64,000 bases of DNA from Phoronis australis (GCA_002633005.1 NMRA01000307.1:210688-274687), one strand, 5' to 3'. Positions 50,715-64,000 are shown, counted from the stretch's first letter. The notes: generated by a model from the letters alone, not told the origin. Translations and numbers: made by a program.

Positions 50715-51975
50715 GCACATAAAGGACACTGTATATACAGGCACACAAATGACACTATATACAGGCGCATAAATGACACTGTATATACAGGTGCATAATG
50801 ACACTGTATATACTGGAGCATGACACTGTATATACAGGCGCATAAATGACACTGTATATACAGGCACACAAATGACACTGTATATACAGGCACACAAATG
50901 ACACTGTATATACAGGCACATAAATGGCACTGTATATACAGGCACATAAATGGCACTGTATATACAGGTGCATAATGACACTGTATATACAGGCACATAA
51001 ATGACACTGTATATACAGGCACATAAATGACACTGTATATACAGGCACATAAATGACACTGTATATACAGGCACATAAAGGACACTGTATATACAGGCAC
51101 ATAAAGGACACTGTATATACAGGCACATAAATGACACTGTATATACCGGCACATAAATGGCACTGTATATACAGGTGCATAATGACACTGTATATACAGG
51201 CAATAAATGACACTGTATATACAGGTGCATAAATGACACTGTATATACAGGCACACAAATGACACTGTATATACAGACACATAATGACACTGTATATACA
51301 GGCACATAAATGACAGTGTATATACAGGCACATAAATGGCACTGTATATACAGGCACATAAATGACACAGTATATACAGGTGCATAAATGACACTGTATA
51401 TACAGGCGCATAAATGACACTGTATATACAGGCACATAAATGACACAGTATATACAGGTGCATAAATGACACTGTATATACAGGCACATAAATGGCACTG
51501 TATATACAGGTGCATAAATGACACTGTATATACAGGCGCATAAATGACACTGTATATACAGGCACATAAATGACACAGTATATACAGGTGCATAAATGAC
51601 ACTGTATATACAAGCACACAAATGACACTGTATATACAGGCACACAAATGACACTGTATATACAGACACATAATGACACTGTATATACAGGCACATAAAT
51701 GGCACTGTATATACAGGTGCATAATGACACTGTATGTACAGGCACATAAATGACACAGTATATACAGGTGCATAATGACACTGTATATACAGGCACATCA
51801 ATGACACAGTATATACAGGTGCATAATGACACTGTATGTACAGGTACATAAATGACACTGTATATACAGGCACATAAATGACACTGTATATACAGGTGCA
51901 TAATGACACTGTATATACAGGCACATCAATGACACTGTATTTAAAAGCACATATATACACTGTATATACAGATGC
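50715..51975. repeat. 25-26-bp minisatellite, roughly 48 copies
   Basis: unit aaatgacactgtatatacaggcacat containing palindrome CTGTATATACAG. Confidence 0.97.
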
Positions 51976-52050
51976 ATAAGCCTAAATATACCCATGTACT
52001 CTAAGAAAGGCTAATTCTTCATTTGAACGGCTTTCGACAACTTTAGACAT

Positions 52051-52287
52051 CACGGTAAAATCTCACTAATTTTGGGCAAAAATAATTGTCAGAATTAACT
52101 TTTTTACCTTTCTTTCATTTTTCAAGGTCTAACATAATGCCCACAATATTTCAAAATAATGTCCGATAGTAATCATGGTAACAGAACTTGAACCTGGAGA
52201 AGCATTAATTTTATTCTACATATCTTTAGTGAAAAAATGAGAAAATAAAATTTCACTTGTGTGCCATATTGGCGAGACTTTACCGTG
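52051..52287. mobile_element. MITE with CAC...GTG termini; decayed relatives near 15500-15690, 37250-37500 and 50450-50680
   Basis: TIR CACGGTAAAATCTCACTAAT / ATTGGCGAGACTTTACCGTG; shared gagaaaat..ttcacttgt. Confidence 0.7.
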
Positions 52288-52560
52288 CGTTCAAATATTC
52301 ATATCCGATTCAAAATCAAACGAGACCAAGCTTACAGGAAACTGACATTTCTAAGAGGTCAATAATTAACAAACTTTAACCAGAGTGACCCAGCAAAATC
52401 AAAATGTAATCCTTTTTCCATTTTCATGCATGATCAAACATTTTTTGTTTGTAGATGTCCATGTCTGAGACATTATAATTATGATACTACATTCAGAAAT
52501 AATAGAACTAACCATGCAACACATCACAAGTCATTGCCACTTTAAATAGGAAAAACTTAC

Positions 52561-52684
52561 TTGGTCGAACATCTCAAAGAGCTTCGCACTCGGCTGGTGA
52601 ATGGTACAAATGACAGTTCTGCCCCCTTGTGCCAGTGATTTGAGAAGTGAGACACATTGAAAGCACGACGCACTATCCAGCCCA
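52561..52684 (-). CDS. ABCG1: ABCG exon [41 protein letters not shown]
   Basis: D-loop and H-loop; ttacag/gtaagt, phase 2 to 0. Confidence 0.95.
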
Positions 52685-55641
52685 CTGTAACAAAAGTGGC
52701 AGTCCAATTAATAAGACTTTTTTCAACTAACAACTTCCTATCATACAAGGTCATCATAAATTTGCTATGCCATGGGTAACAACAAAGTCAAGTGAAAGGC
52801 TTCTTATATATTAGTGTCTTCCTTCATTATCAACTCCAGAACGATTCAAGTTCTCGTTCAGGGAAAACATAAAAACGTCAAGATTACTGCATTTGGTACT
52901 TTTTATTTCAAGTAGTTCTCTGTTTTCAATGTATTTCTGGTCACTTTTAAACTAAATCTACTTTTGTATCTATTTTCATTTTTATACAAGTCATCAATTT
53001 TTATTATTCATCATTGTTTACAATTACGGTATGAAATATTATTTCTATAATTTTATCATTATTTATTATTTGTAATTGTATTTTCTAATGTTTTGTCTTG
53101 TTTTGTAAAGAGACACTATGAACTTTTAAATACAAAACTAAAATAATATAGAAATAATTACAAAATGCATTCCAAGACTAGCACTTAACAGCTGCAATTA
53201 AACTAACCAAGCAACTTTTGTACAATTTATTGTGCAAGACCATATCTCACAGGCAGTTAAAGGGAAAACAACTGTTCCTGACATTATTTTTAGTAAAATG
53301 CTGATCTTAATTCTCTTGCAGAGGCTCTTGTTGTGCATATTGCATTCACTTCCCTGGAGGAAGCATAAATGTGCTACTCCCTGTTGATCAGTCTGTACAA
53401 GTCATTCATGTTTACTCAGTGGAAGTGAATGCAAAGCCAAGATGTGGGCCTTTTGTAGGACTGTTTACATGACTTTCTATTGTTCCATGGATAGCACATA
53501 CTGTCAGTTGAACAGTCATTAACACACAACAAATGTCACTGCAAGATTAACAGGATCAGAATTTTTACTAGGCTGTAAATGTAACATCCAAAATGGTTGT
53601 TTTCCACTTTAACTGAAAGCAGACTGCAAAGCATAAAACAACAATTGAACCGTTTTGTTGACATATGAAAGATTACACTCTGTCCTTTCAGACAACAAAG
53701 CAGCTATTTCATTAATCTTTAACCTTTAACCTTTAACATGATTGATCAAAGAGCAGAATCAATCAAAAGTAATAACAGAAATCAATTATGAAAGCAACAG
53801 TACTAATAACGTATTAATCAATAAAATCCACCCATTGTTGTCTAGAAAAGTTGACGAAACCCACTTTTTGAGTGGTAATTAAGGGGCCACTTGTGTAGCC
53901 ATGGGGCACCCCCTATTTGCACTCATTCCAGATGCCAATCTTCACCCACCCAGTCCTCCACCCACCCAGTCCTCCACCCACCCAATCACAATTTCACATA
54001 AACCTCTGCTATTGAACAATGACGGTGGCAACAACAAAAATGGCATAATTACATGGCTTGACAAACATGTTTCCAAGGACATGACACTGAACAATGCTAA
54101 GTGATAACAATATTACATAAAACAAAACACCCAGACAGGGGATATAGCCAGAGGTGATGACACCATGACAGTTTTGCAGAAAATCATCAGCAATCATAAC
54201 CATCAAAACCATCATGTGTACCTACAACTGACAGTTTTGCAAGGTAATTTCTTTAGCATGATGTGGTACAGGAGACAGATGAACATGGTCGTCAAGAGTC
54301 ACACACATTTCTGTGAGTAAGCAAAATCCTCAAAAACTGCGGCGAAAAATTAACGCCTTCAAAAACAGCCTGCACGGAAACAGTTTGTCAAAGAAATATT
54401 CTCTGTTCCAGTCAAGGGAAATATTTTCCATATTATTACTACTTTGCATTCACTCATTGTTCAATTTAAGCAACTGACTGCATAAAAATAAACAGAAATT
54501 TATTAAAAAAATTGTACGGGTGTTCGTCTTTTCAAAACTGAATATCTCTAAAATTGGGCAATCGGAACTTTTTCAAAAAGGTAGCACTAAGAAGAAATAC
54601 CAAAATACCGCACTCAAAGTTGTAATTATACATTCAACCTATACTGTCATCTTCATTTTTAATTTTGTATCACATAAAGACTACGAGATGGTCACATGCA
54701 CCCACCTTCCCCCTTCAACAATTATTTACATTTCATGTTAGCCCCTTCCCCCCCTTCATTACAGCAAGTCTCCATCTATTCTCCTTCTTTATTGAAGTAT
54801 ATATACATATGGCCATAGGCCCAAAGTATAACATATACAAGACAGTACATTATCACTGTATTAGAAACTGGATTGTAAATTGTGATGCTTGAGTGCATGG
54901 TGGATGAATTTTAGAAGCAGGGTATCCAGAGTTCTCATGAGAGATTCAAATTTATATGTTATGGGAAAATGACAAAAACGATCGCTTAATTACTGAACCC
55001 GAAAATCTTGGTACTCACTACAAACTAACACAAGGTGGTATTCGTCCTCTACACATGCCGAATTACATAACTCGCACAACCTATTTTCATAAGGAATATT
55101 TGTGTGGCGACCACTTTCCTGTAGTCCTTCATTTCCCCCAGGTCAATAAAACTTTCGCGTTAGTCTGCTGTTCAATATTCGGGCTACAACAGTGGACAAG
55201 GAGATATTTTGCTAGAGTGTTACCATTGTGTAAAACCTTATTGACAAGTCTGTACATACAACCAAATACTTATAAAATATTGATTTTAACTTAGCAAAAG
55301 TATTATAAATTTCATTTTAGATTTTCTACCAATCTGACATTAATCGAGTCACGTGAGCATGTCCTCATAGTAAAATTTAGCAAAATGTAGGTTACATCGA
55401 TAGAAAAACGCTATAAATAACATGACAATAGGCAAATTCGGCCATTTTCCTAAGTTCCTACATAACCTTTAGGATCACACATGTAATGAAATACAATGAC
55501 CACCAGTGGCAGGTTACATATTGATTTTCTAGCCACACTTCGTAATGCAGCCATGCTACACTAGGCACATTACGATGCCACATGGGGACTAGTTAATTCT
55601 AGCTAAACAACACTTTATTAGGCCTTTCATACAGTTTGGTG

Positions 55642-57088
55642 AACAAGAGCAACACGGAGCGTTGAAATGCACCCACGAATGCACTGCAAACGGTGTGATT
55701 CTAGGGTGATTATTTGTATCATCAAAATGGTCACTAGATAGTGCAAAATACTTCGAATCCACCAAAAAAACTGGAAAGTGTCACCGTTTCTTAACAGAAA
55801 GCTATTTAGCACATTTAATGAAATTTCGTCAAGAAACTTTAGCAAAACAGAAAAAATGAAATTGCCAATATGGGACAAAACATTCATCGGATCCATCTGA
55901 AAGTTGTCGTCTTCCGTTGTCAACGTCATATAAATAAACTTGCTAAATTTAATAATCATTCTGCAGAGGGCTTAGGGGAAACAGCTAAGGGCGAAAAAAT
56001 GCCACTAGGTGGCGCCACAGTAATTGAAGCCGGGAAATCATCGTCAACCGTTCTCTTCACACTAACAATATATAAGCCAATTTTCACAATCATCCTAAGA
56101 GTGGTTTGGTTGACAGAGGGCCAATGTCAAAAACAGTAAAATGGCCACTAGATGGAGCAAAATCCGTCGAATCCGTCTGAAAATCGGAAAATGTCACCGT
56201 TTTCTTTTTTAAAGAAAGCTATTGAACAAATTTCATGAAAATGCGTCGAGGAACTTCATCAGAGAAACAGAGGAAAACAGAAACAAATGAAAACAGTAAA
56301 AATGGCCACTAGGTGGTGCAAAATACCTCGAATCCCTGCGAAAACAAGAGGATAGCATCACCTCACTAATAGATGCCTATGTGCCAAATAATACGGAAAT
56401 CCATCGAGGACCTTTGAAGATACAGAGGTAAACGTAAAAAAAAATATAATTGCCACTAGGGGGCACACCTGAAGTCTGATCTGTTCGAAAGTGGTCGTCG
56501 TCCACTGTCAACTTCATATAAACAGATTTGCTGCATTTAATAAAGATCCTGTGGAGTGTTTAGGAGATAAAGCCATGGGCGCAAAAACAAACAAAACTGC
56601 CACTAGGAGGCGCCACAGTAGTCGAAGTCATCAGAAAATCAACGTCAACCGTCCTCTTCATAGTAAGAGCATACATGCCAATTTTTGCAATCGTACTTAG
56701 AGTGGTTTGGTTGACAGAGGGGCGGACGCCAAAAAACAGACTCTAAAATACTAAAAATGGCCACCAGATGATGCAAAATACCTCGAATCCATCCAAAAAC
56801 AAAAGGATAGTGTCACCTCATAAATAGATGCCTATGTGCCAAATTTCATGAATATTGGTTGAGGATACAGAGGCAAACGTAAAAAACTAAAATTGCCACA
56901 AGGGGGCACAGCGGTATTCGGGTTGGTCCGAATCTCGTCGCCCTCTGTCGTCAACCCTATAGGAACACACCTGCCAAATTTCAATATGATAATGCAAGGG
57001 GTTTAGGAGATACAGTCACGGACGCCAGACGCCCAGACAGAGATGACGGCAGTATGCACCCACATATAAATATGAGGGCGCATAAAAA
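55642..57088. mobile_element. Helentron/DINE-1-like (HINE) element with ~150-bp subrepeats
   Basis: starts aacaagagc; atgcacccac near both ends; gacgccagac/cagacag tract; terminal hairpin atgcacccacatat-aa-atatgagggcgcat, then A-run. Confidence 0.75.
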
Positions 57089-57326
57089 CTTGCAAAGAAA
57101 ATGGTTGTGTAAGCTACAGTTTCATAACAGTTTGTGCGTTCATATAAAATCTTATTTTTCTCAACTCAAATATGAATTATATGCGCGTGCACAAAAAACA
57201 AAATAGCAGCACTGACACTATTAAAACTTCAGGCAAAAAGCTCAGGTCGTTCTATATTAAGTAATTCTTAATAAAAACAGCATTACAATAAGTATAACAC
57301 AAAGAGCATTCAATGCAAAAGACTAC

Positions 57327-57472
57327 CTGGTAGGCTCGTCGAAGAACATGATTGGTGGATTATTGACAAGCTCGAGGGCAATAGACAGCCGTTTCCTTTG
57401 TCCGCCAGACAGACGAATACAGCGGGTCTTCCTGCACTCTGTCAGACCCATGTTTTCCAAAATGTCATCAAC
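57327..57472 (-). CDS. ABCG1: ABCG exon [10 protein letters not shown]...[29 protein letters not shown]
   Basis: ABC signature and Walker B; gttacag/gtagtc, phase 0 to 2. Confidence 0.95.
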
Positions 57473-59446
57473 CTGTAACAACGGGTTATGGGTGATGATG
57501 TTAGAAGCACTAGGGCCTGCTTCATTTCATGAAACAAATCTTCGTCTAACGTCAACTATGGCAGGAAGGCATGCATAAATACAATTTTGTTTTGCTGAAC
57601 TTTCAACAAAAATATATGGGAACATATTCATGAAATGATTTTAGAGTTTTATTTTATCTTAGCCGAGTCAATAAATGTTCATACCTAAACCAATTTAATG
57701 GATAAAATTGGATAAAATTATATGCTTTAGGAGAAAGCGATATGTAACTGTCATCAGTGTTGCACATTGTTATTTTGTTTGAACTATAAGACAGGAAACA
57801 GGAAATGTGAATATGATCTGTGTAAGCCCAATTTATGACTACATTACGTGTATAAGGCGATAACATAAAAAAGGAAGCGTGACCTAAACTCTGCAACACC
57901 TTTGATTAAAGTTTGACTTATATTGTAATTAAATGATTAAAACGGAAAAAAAGATAGAACTTAACGCAAAAGGACACGGGAAGAACTTGCAGTGTGACAC
58001 CAAGGTGTTAGTTACAATGTCGTGACCTAAAATATTTTAGGTCACTTACAGTTATTAAAATGGCATTAACATCTTCAGAAGTGATTTCTGGACAGGGAAA
58101 GAGCCAAGAGATGGGTATTGTTAGAGGGCAGACTAACAAATTGGTTTAACCCACTGGTCATTTCAAAGCAACCCACAGTCACAATACAAATGAAAGACAC
58201 CAAAGCAACGTCTTGTAGCACTCCCTCTTGTGGTAATATATTTTTTATTGTATGTCCCAAGTAACTGAAGCAGACCTATTCTTTCAAAGCCCAGAAGTCA
58301 CTTCACAGTTGAGACCAGCAGTTACATAATGGCACTTAATTGAAATGATAAGTGACTTTTAAGTTTCTCAACAGAGAGTGGGTACATAGTAGCTTCATGA
58401 GGGTGTAGAAAGATTGACATAAAATTAAGTACAAAATAAGGATCACATGGGATAGTCATAAGTAGGATAACTATAAAAGCCAGACATGGCAGTGGCGCAT
58501 GCATCCAAAGAAAATTATGATGCAAAACTAAGAGTATTTTTGCATTACCAGAGATTACAGTTGCTAATTGCATTCTTCGATGTTGAAGTTTGACAGCTGG
58601 ATCAGATCAATGAAACATATACCCTTACCTAAGCAAATAACTTGCTCAATAATTATCTAACAGTAAGGAAATGATTCACATGGTAGCTATATCTTACAAC
58701 TCATATTCATATCATTCAGTAATTTATAACTGTAAGGCAGGCTAACTTCTGTGATTGTGGTTTGAGTAGTAATGCTGACAACAAGAAATTGACAAAAGAG
58801 CAAACAGCAGTATTGCATGCTTTTCAAATGTTAAGCATGGATCTCAGCAGTGTCTGGCATTTTGAAAAGTAGGTCAGTCATGCAATGCATTTTTCTATCT
58901 CCTTGAACGAAGAGACATTCATCCAAAATGGGTCTGTTGTCAGTCAGTTCTGACTGGGTGTTTAATGCCTATCCAAAGAATTAAGTTTCTTGCAGATATG
59001 ACCAATTAGTACCCTTGCAGATATGACCAATTAGTACCTGATTAGGGTTTCTGTGTATCCTCATTAAGTGTGACGTGCTATAAATATCTGCGTTTATATC
59101 CAGGAGACAATCTTGAGATCGCAACTCCATACTTGGAGGCGTCTTAATATGTGTGTGATAGAAATGTACGGTTGCGGACACATTAGTGCCTAAAGGGGGC
59201 ACATTCTGTCATGTCTGCAAGGCTTGTGCAGCACAATCAATTAACATTTGCTATAACTTAAGCAAGTGCACTGATGCCATAGAAATATAGGAAAACGACA
59301 ATTTGAGCACTGATTTTCTGTTCCAAATTCATAAATTTCTATCATATCCTGAATATTACAAATTTTGTGCCAGAGAATAGGGTTTGTGTTATAAGCAGGT
59401 GGTCATACACATGAACTGCTCTAAGTTGTGCTCAACAAAAGCATAC

Positions 59447-59636
59447 CAGTTGCATCTTATCACGCAGTTTCATCTTCTCTGTCAGTTTCAGATTGGCCGA
59501 ACACATCATAGCCTCATGAACAGTAAGGTGTGGCAGGAGGTGATCGTCTTGCATGATGTAGCACGACATCTTACGGAACAGACGGAGGTTACGCGTCCTG
59601 TTGTTGACCATAATGTCCCCTGTCACACTCTGTGTT
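59447..59636 (-). CDS. ABCG1: ABCG exon [12 protein letters not shown]...[20 protein letters not shown]...MQL
   Basis: attacag/gtatgc on - strand, phase 2 to 0. Confidence 0.93.
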
Positions 59637-59995
59637 CTGTAATATCACGGAATGAGTATATAATGAAGTAAAATTTGTGCACATACAAGTTGGTCTGTAA
59701 CAAGCTGGCTTAACCAGCTAGTGAAGTCCAAACATTCGACATGCAAATCATTACCATTGCGAGGCCTTCGCTTTGTGCAATTTCAAATTCTGGTGTGCAT
59801 GACGGGCCAAACTGACAGGGACAAAACGCAATTTCCTGGCCATCTAGTAACAACATACCCTAGTCAGTGGCCATCTAGTGACAAGATGGCCATCTAGTGA
59901 CAAGGCGTATTTCACTAACTAGCACTAGTGTTGAAGTGACCAGTCGAGGTGGAGCAGTCAAGAAGCGGAGTGACGTATTTAAGGGACAGACATTG

Positions 59996-60330
59996 CAGTG
60001 GCGGATCTACGGGGGGGATTCAGGGGGTTTAAACCCCCCCCCTCGGGCCAGGACCCAAAAATTAAAAAAACAAAAAACAAACAAAAACGTCTCCAGCAAA
60101 ACAAAAACGCCGGCACCGCCAGCGTGTGTAAACCCCAAGTAAACCAACCTGGAAAAAAATGAGGGGGGGTTCACTCTGAAAAAATATTTTTTGCATTGTG
60201 AATTGCTGTTATGAAAATCAACGCGTTTCGAGTCTTCGTGGCTCATCGACAAAACCCCGGAGATCAATTGTGCGCGCGCTTCCGACGACACTTCTGAAGT
60301 AGCCAAGCATTTTAGATGGATCCACCGCTG
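59996..60330. mobile_element. MITE with CAGTGGCGGATC-type TIRs
   Basis: cagtggcggatct...ggatccaccgctg; internal gggggtt-aaaccccccc hairpin; family fragment near 27998. Confidence 0.6.
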
Positions 60331-62252
60331 AAAGAGCAGCTCTATAGCTGATTTCTTTAGATAACTAGCTTCTTTACTCTAAGATATGTTTTGATTTGAT
60401 TAGGGAAATACTGTGGTGCCCCAACCCTGATATTCAGGCGAATTGACGTGCAACGTTTTTACCTCATCTGTCATGCCGTGTCATCGTATTACACCCCACA
60501 CGTTTGAAACTCGAATTTGAGTGGTGTACAGTAAAGNTTGGCATCAGGTGTCACGCAGAGAACGACAACTTCCGTCTTATCCCAGTTATCGGATGAGAGT
60601 GTGGCGCTCCACTTAAAAGTGGGTTAAGTTGCGCTAGTGCACGTTGTTTTAGGGTAGGCTGTGTGTGGACGGGACTTAAGAGAAATGGAAACACTGGCAA
60701 TTATTACTGTGTGAATAAGTGATAGTGTAGATACTGACGACGGACCACACTCTCGATTCACAGTATACTTACTCAGTAAGCTACAAAATCTACTTGATGT
60801 AATAACCTCAATTTCTACAGAATAAAAAAATTCAGAGCTGAATTTCTACTAATTCATTAATTCCTTCCATTGAACACATGTCAGGAGCCGAGACAGTTGG
60901 AGGTAACATACACCTAATTGTAAACACACCCAAGAGTCATAGCTGTATAGACACAACTGCCACCCTGGAGTAATGAATCTGTGAATTAGAGTTAACCTGT
61001 GAAAATGCAATTAAAAATTAATGATTCGTGTCCCAGATTGGACCAATAAGTTACTAATTGACATATTGCGCATGCTGCATGAAAATCCCTCAATGATTCA
61101 AGACATTTTCTTTGAAAAAGCATACAGTCTAATTCTAAGCCAGTTCTTAGTAATCATGAATGATGTATTTTCCATTTGTAGGCGGTTATTTACGGAAGTG
61201 GGACAGACCTCCCTTCTGGGGTACTGGAAAGGTAAAAAGGTGTCGTTCTTCGTGTACACACCCTGGGGATTGCTCCCAGAAATTCCTGGTATTATCACAG
61301 TTTGCAAGTTACTAAAAAGCAACTGCTTATAAATAAGACAACAAAACATTACAAATGTTGAAAGTGCATTGCAAACATTAAATGTAAGACCGTGGTCATT
61401 TGTAAATTGGAATAATAATAATAATTCGGGTGAACGCCCAGAGCTCTTAAACAAGGAAGCTTGAAAATCAAGAGATGAGCATTTCAGACGAGCATAAGCG
61501 TTCGAAAACATGACTTTGACAAGTTGGGGGACGCATTTACCCAAACTTTAGAAGTGGGTAAATGTCCAGCAAGACATATTTATGTTGGACTTACGTACTT
61601 GCAATGGCGAAACATAACAGTTTAGAAGAGTTCGGTACACCCCGAATAACGCAACAATGTGCCACTGACAATCTGACCGTTCCTTTCTCAAAGTTGTCGT
61701 TTCACATATTTCGGGAGCTGAAATCTGTGCACTACAGATGTTCACAAAGAATGGGCGATTTCAAAGAAGTCTTGATTTCATATTTTGGGTGTTGGCACCA
61801 GGCAGAGCAAGGGTGTTTTTAGTGAAAAGTTTGAAATTTTGCGAGTGGGCATCTAGCCGGTATGAACACAAATGGTATATGCAGACAAACACGCGTTTTT
61901 ACAAGATTCTGCATTATAACTGATTGACTACACCTAATGAAAACGAAGCGCAGCAAGATATGAACAGAACACGCCTGGACAACAATTTTTCACAGAAATA
62001 AGTAAATGAAACTAATTTGTAATTTGTTGGCAGAGTATCGGACTGTAAAAATGCACTTACGAGTAAATTCCTTAACAGACATTAAATGAAGCTCACTAAC
62101 AATTATCAGTAAACCACTGGGTAGCCTCTTTCGGTCTTGGTGTGTCATTAAAAATCGTATAGTGCTTTAGAATGCTTTCGAAAATAATCAAATTTCAAAG
62201 TTTGATGAACACATTTGACATCACAGGCTGGCACAGTTGAAAAAAATAAAAA

Positions 62253-63478
62253 ATGAAAGCGCTCCGAGGAGCGAACCTTGGCGAAATTAACCAAACTGAT
62301 GACGATAAAGATGATGACGAAGATGAAGAATATGACGATGATGGTAGCGAGGATGAACTAAAGAAGTAATAATAACATACACATGACGAACGTAGAAGTC
62401 CGAAATCAGTAAGAAAAAGGATACAGTCTTGTGCAACACTTGGCGAAATTAACGGAAAAGACAACGACGGAGATGATGACGAAGATGACGACGATGATGA
62501 CGATTATGATGATGGTGGTGACGATGATGAACAACATCACAACATTCATATGATGAACTTAGATGTCATAAATCAATAAGAAATAGGCTACAGTCTAGTT
62601 CAATAGAAGATAAACCAACATCAATGCAGCAAGAGCGCTCAACAAAGGAACAGCGTTATCAGAAAATCTCAAATAACTCGAAAAGTAGACGTCCTAGCGA
62701 AAAATGGAAAACATCTTCTGAAAGCCCGTTCAAAATTCTATCTAAACTGATGGTATCGCCTAATTCCGTAAATTTTTCGAAAAAAATGAAATTTTGCGTT
62801 TTTTTAAGAAATTCAAAGTCAAATAACTCGAAAACGGTAAGTCTGAGAAAAAAATTGTTACTGGCCATTTGAAAGAATATACTTCAAAGAATCTACATGC
62901 AAAAAATCACGTCTTTTTCTCTTCCCGTTTAAAATCGCACCCCAGACGACTGAAAATAGGTCAACATGCGCCAGATCCGCCATCTTGAAAGCAACTTCCG
63001 GTTTTTTGGCTTTGTATAATAGCATGTTACAAGAAACTGATACCTATAAAAATTCGAAGGAATTGGTCTTATAATTCGCCCTCTAGAGGAGAAAACGTTT
63101 TCAGGCCAAAATCGAGGTGCGCATGCGCGATCGCCGATATTTCCGCCATCTTTAACCGGAAGTAAACAATTTCCGGTATACTTGTAGAAAACTTCCGGTC
63201 CATTAACTGTGCCGATTCTTAGCCTTTTACGTAAAAATTTGTGGCCTACAGAAGCATTTGAACCTTTAAATGGAAACAAAATGGCCGCCACAGCCGCCAT
63301 CTTGGATCCGATTTTGACAAAAAACAATAGGCTTCCAGGACGTCAGGAAGTACGTGTTGTGTGTAAATATCGTGATGATCGGACGAAAATTGCGACCTGT
63401 ATCGTGCGAACAAACAAAAAAAAAAAAAAAACTTAGTGGAAGAGCAACATACTTGGCGAAATTTATTTCGCCAAGTAA
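62253..63478. mobile_element. Helentron/DINE-1-like (HINE) element with (GAT/GAC)n tracts
   Basis: cttggcgaa near the start (twice) and terminal hairpin tacttggcgaaat-tt-atttcgccaagta; internal aaaatggccgcc..gccatctt motifs. Confidence 0.7.
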
Positions 63479-64000
63479 TTAGCTAGAAGTCGTATAATTT
63501 GAAGAGTTCTCATTGAACATATAAACACACCTCATACTCCGCCTACCCCAGAAATGTAGTATTACTGAACCATTGTTACAAGTCAAAACACTATGAATTT
63601 GATTCATGATGGCACCAGTATCAATGTTCACCATTTCTAAATGATTTATAATGTCACATTAAGTACATTACAATATCAGTAGAAAGAAGACATTACTTAA
63701 ACCACCCACATGATCAATGTAACAGGTGGTGAATAGAGTTTAATTCCCAACAGAATATGAGGTCACAAAGCATAAATTGTATGTCATATGATCGTAACCC
63801 TTAGTTGGTCTTAAAATACATTTTTGCTTAATATATTAAACTAATTTTAAGGCCCATGTAGAGCATGTTTTCATTCATGTTTTTGGCAGAACCTTTCATT
63901 TTGGTTAATAAGAGGTGTTTATGTTCCTTGTTACAATACACATGAACATTCACAACAATTTTAGAAGCCTTTAAAAATGAAAAGTCAGTTTTAGTCAAAA

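Larger units (their letters stand above)
34295..59636 (-). other. ABCG1: ABCG1/ABCG4-like (white family) ABC half-transporter gene, 5'-partial; span of coding exons in window
   Basis: 11 phase-consistent exons: SCYIMQDD (Q-loop), [15 protein letters not shown] (signature), MFFDEPTSGLD (Walker B/D-loop), TIHQPS (H-loop), [21 protein letters not shown], six-TM domain, stop TGA at 34295-34297. Confidence 0.94.

Noticed and set aside
50696-51960. Three overlapping 356-401-aa Cys/Tyr-rich ORFs on - strand
   Set aside because: All three frames are translations of the same 25-26-bp minisatellite; no coding signal.
62280-62535. Acidic (D/E-rich) coding-like stretch
   Set aside because: (GAT/GAC)n microsatellite tracts inside a HINE-like element, interrupted by stops.

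Overview
AT-rich, intron-rich eukaryotic (animal) genomic DNA, probably a marine invertebrate such as a lophotrochozoan (inference from repeat types and protein style). It holds the 3' parts of two convergent genes. On the + strand is an EPS8-family gene with 14 phase-consistent coding exons (2178-25144) encoding the central EPS8 region, SH3, a proline-rich linker and a SAM-like/effector C-terminus; its PTB exons lie upstream of the window. On the - strand is an ABCG1/ABCG4-like half-transporter with 11 core exons (59636-34295); its Walker A exon lies beyond the window. The long 3' UTRs appear to meet tail-to-tail at ~29.0-29.1 kb, where strand skew flips from T-rich to A-rich. Introns contain minisatellites, MITEs, fold-back elements and three Helentron/DINE-1-like (HINE) elements. 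Nearly all ORFs in the supplied track are exon fragments or repeat artefacts. I found no CRISPR or prokaryotic system. The best leads are a cluster of frame-preserving microexons plus several alternative C-termini in EPS8, a 27-nt microexon in the ABCG linker, and a transposon carrying 7-8 co-oriented CTCF-like motifs at ~150-bp spacing. All calls were made by eye.
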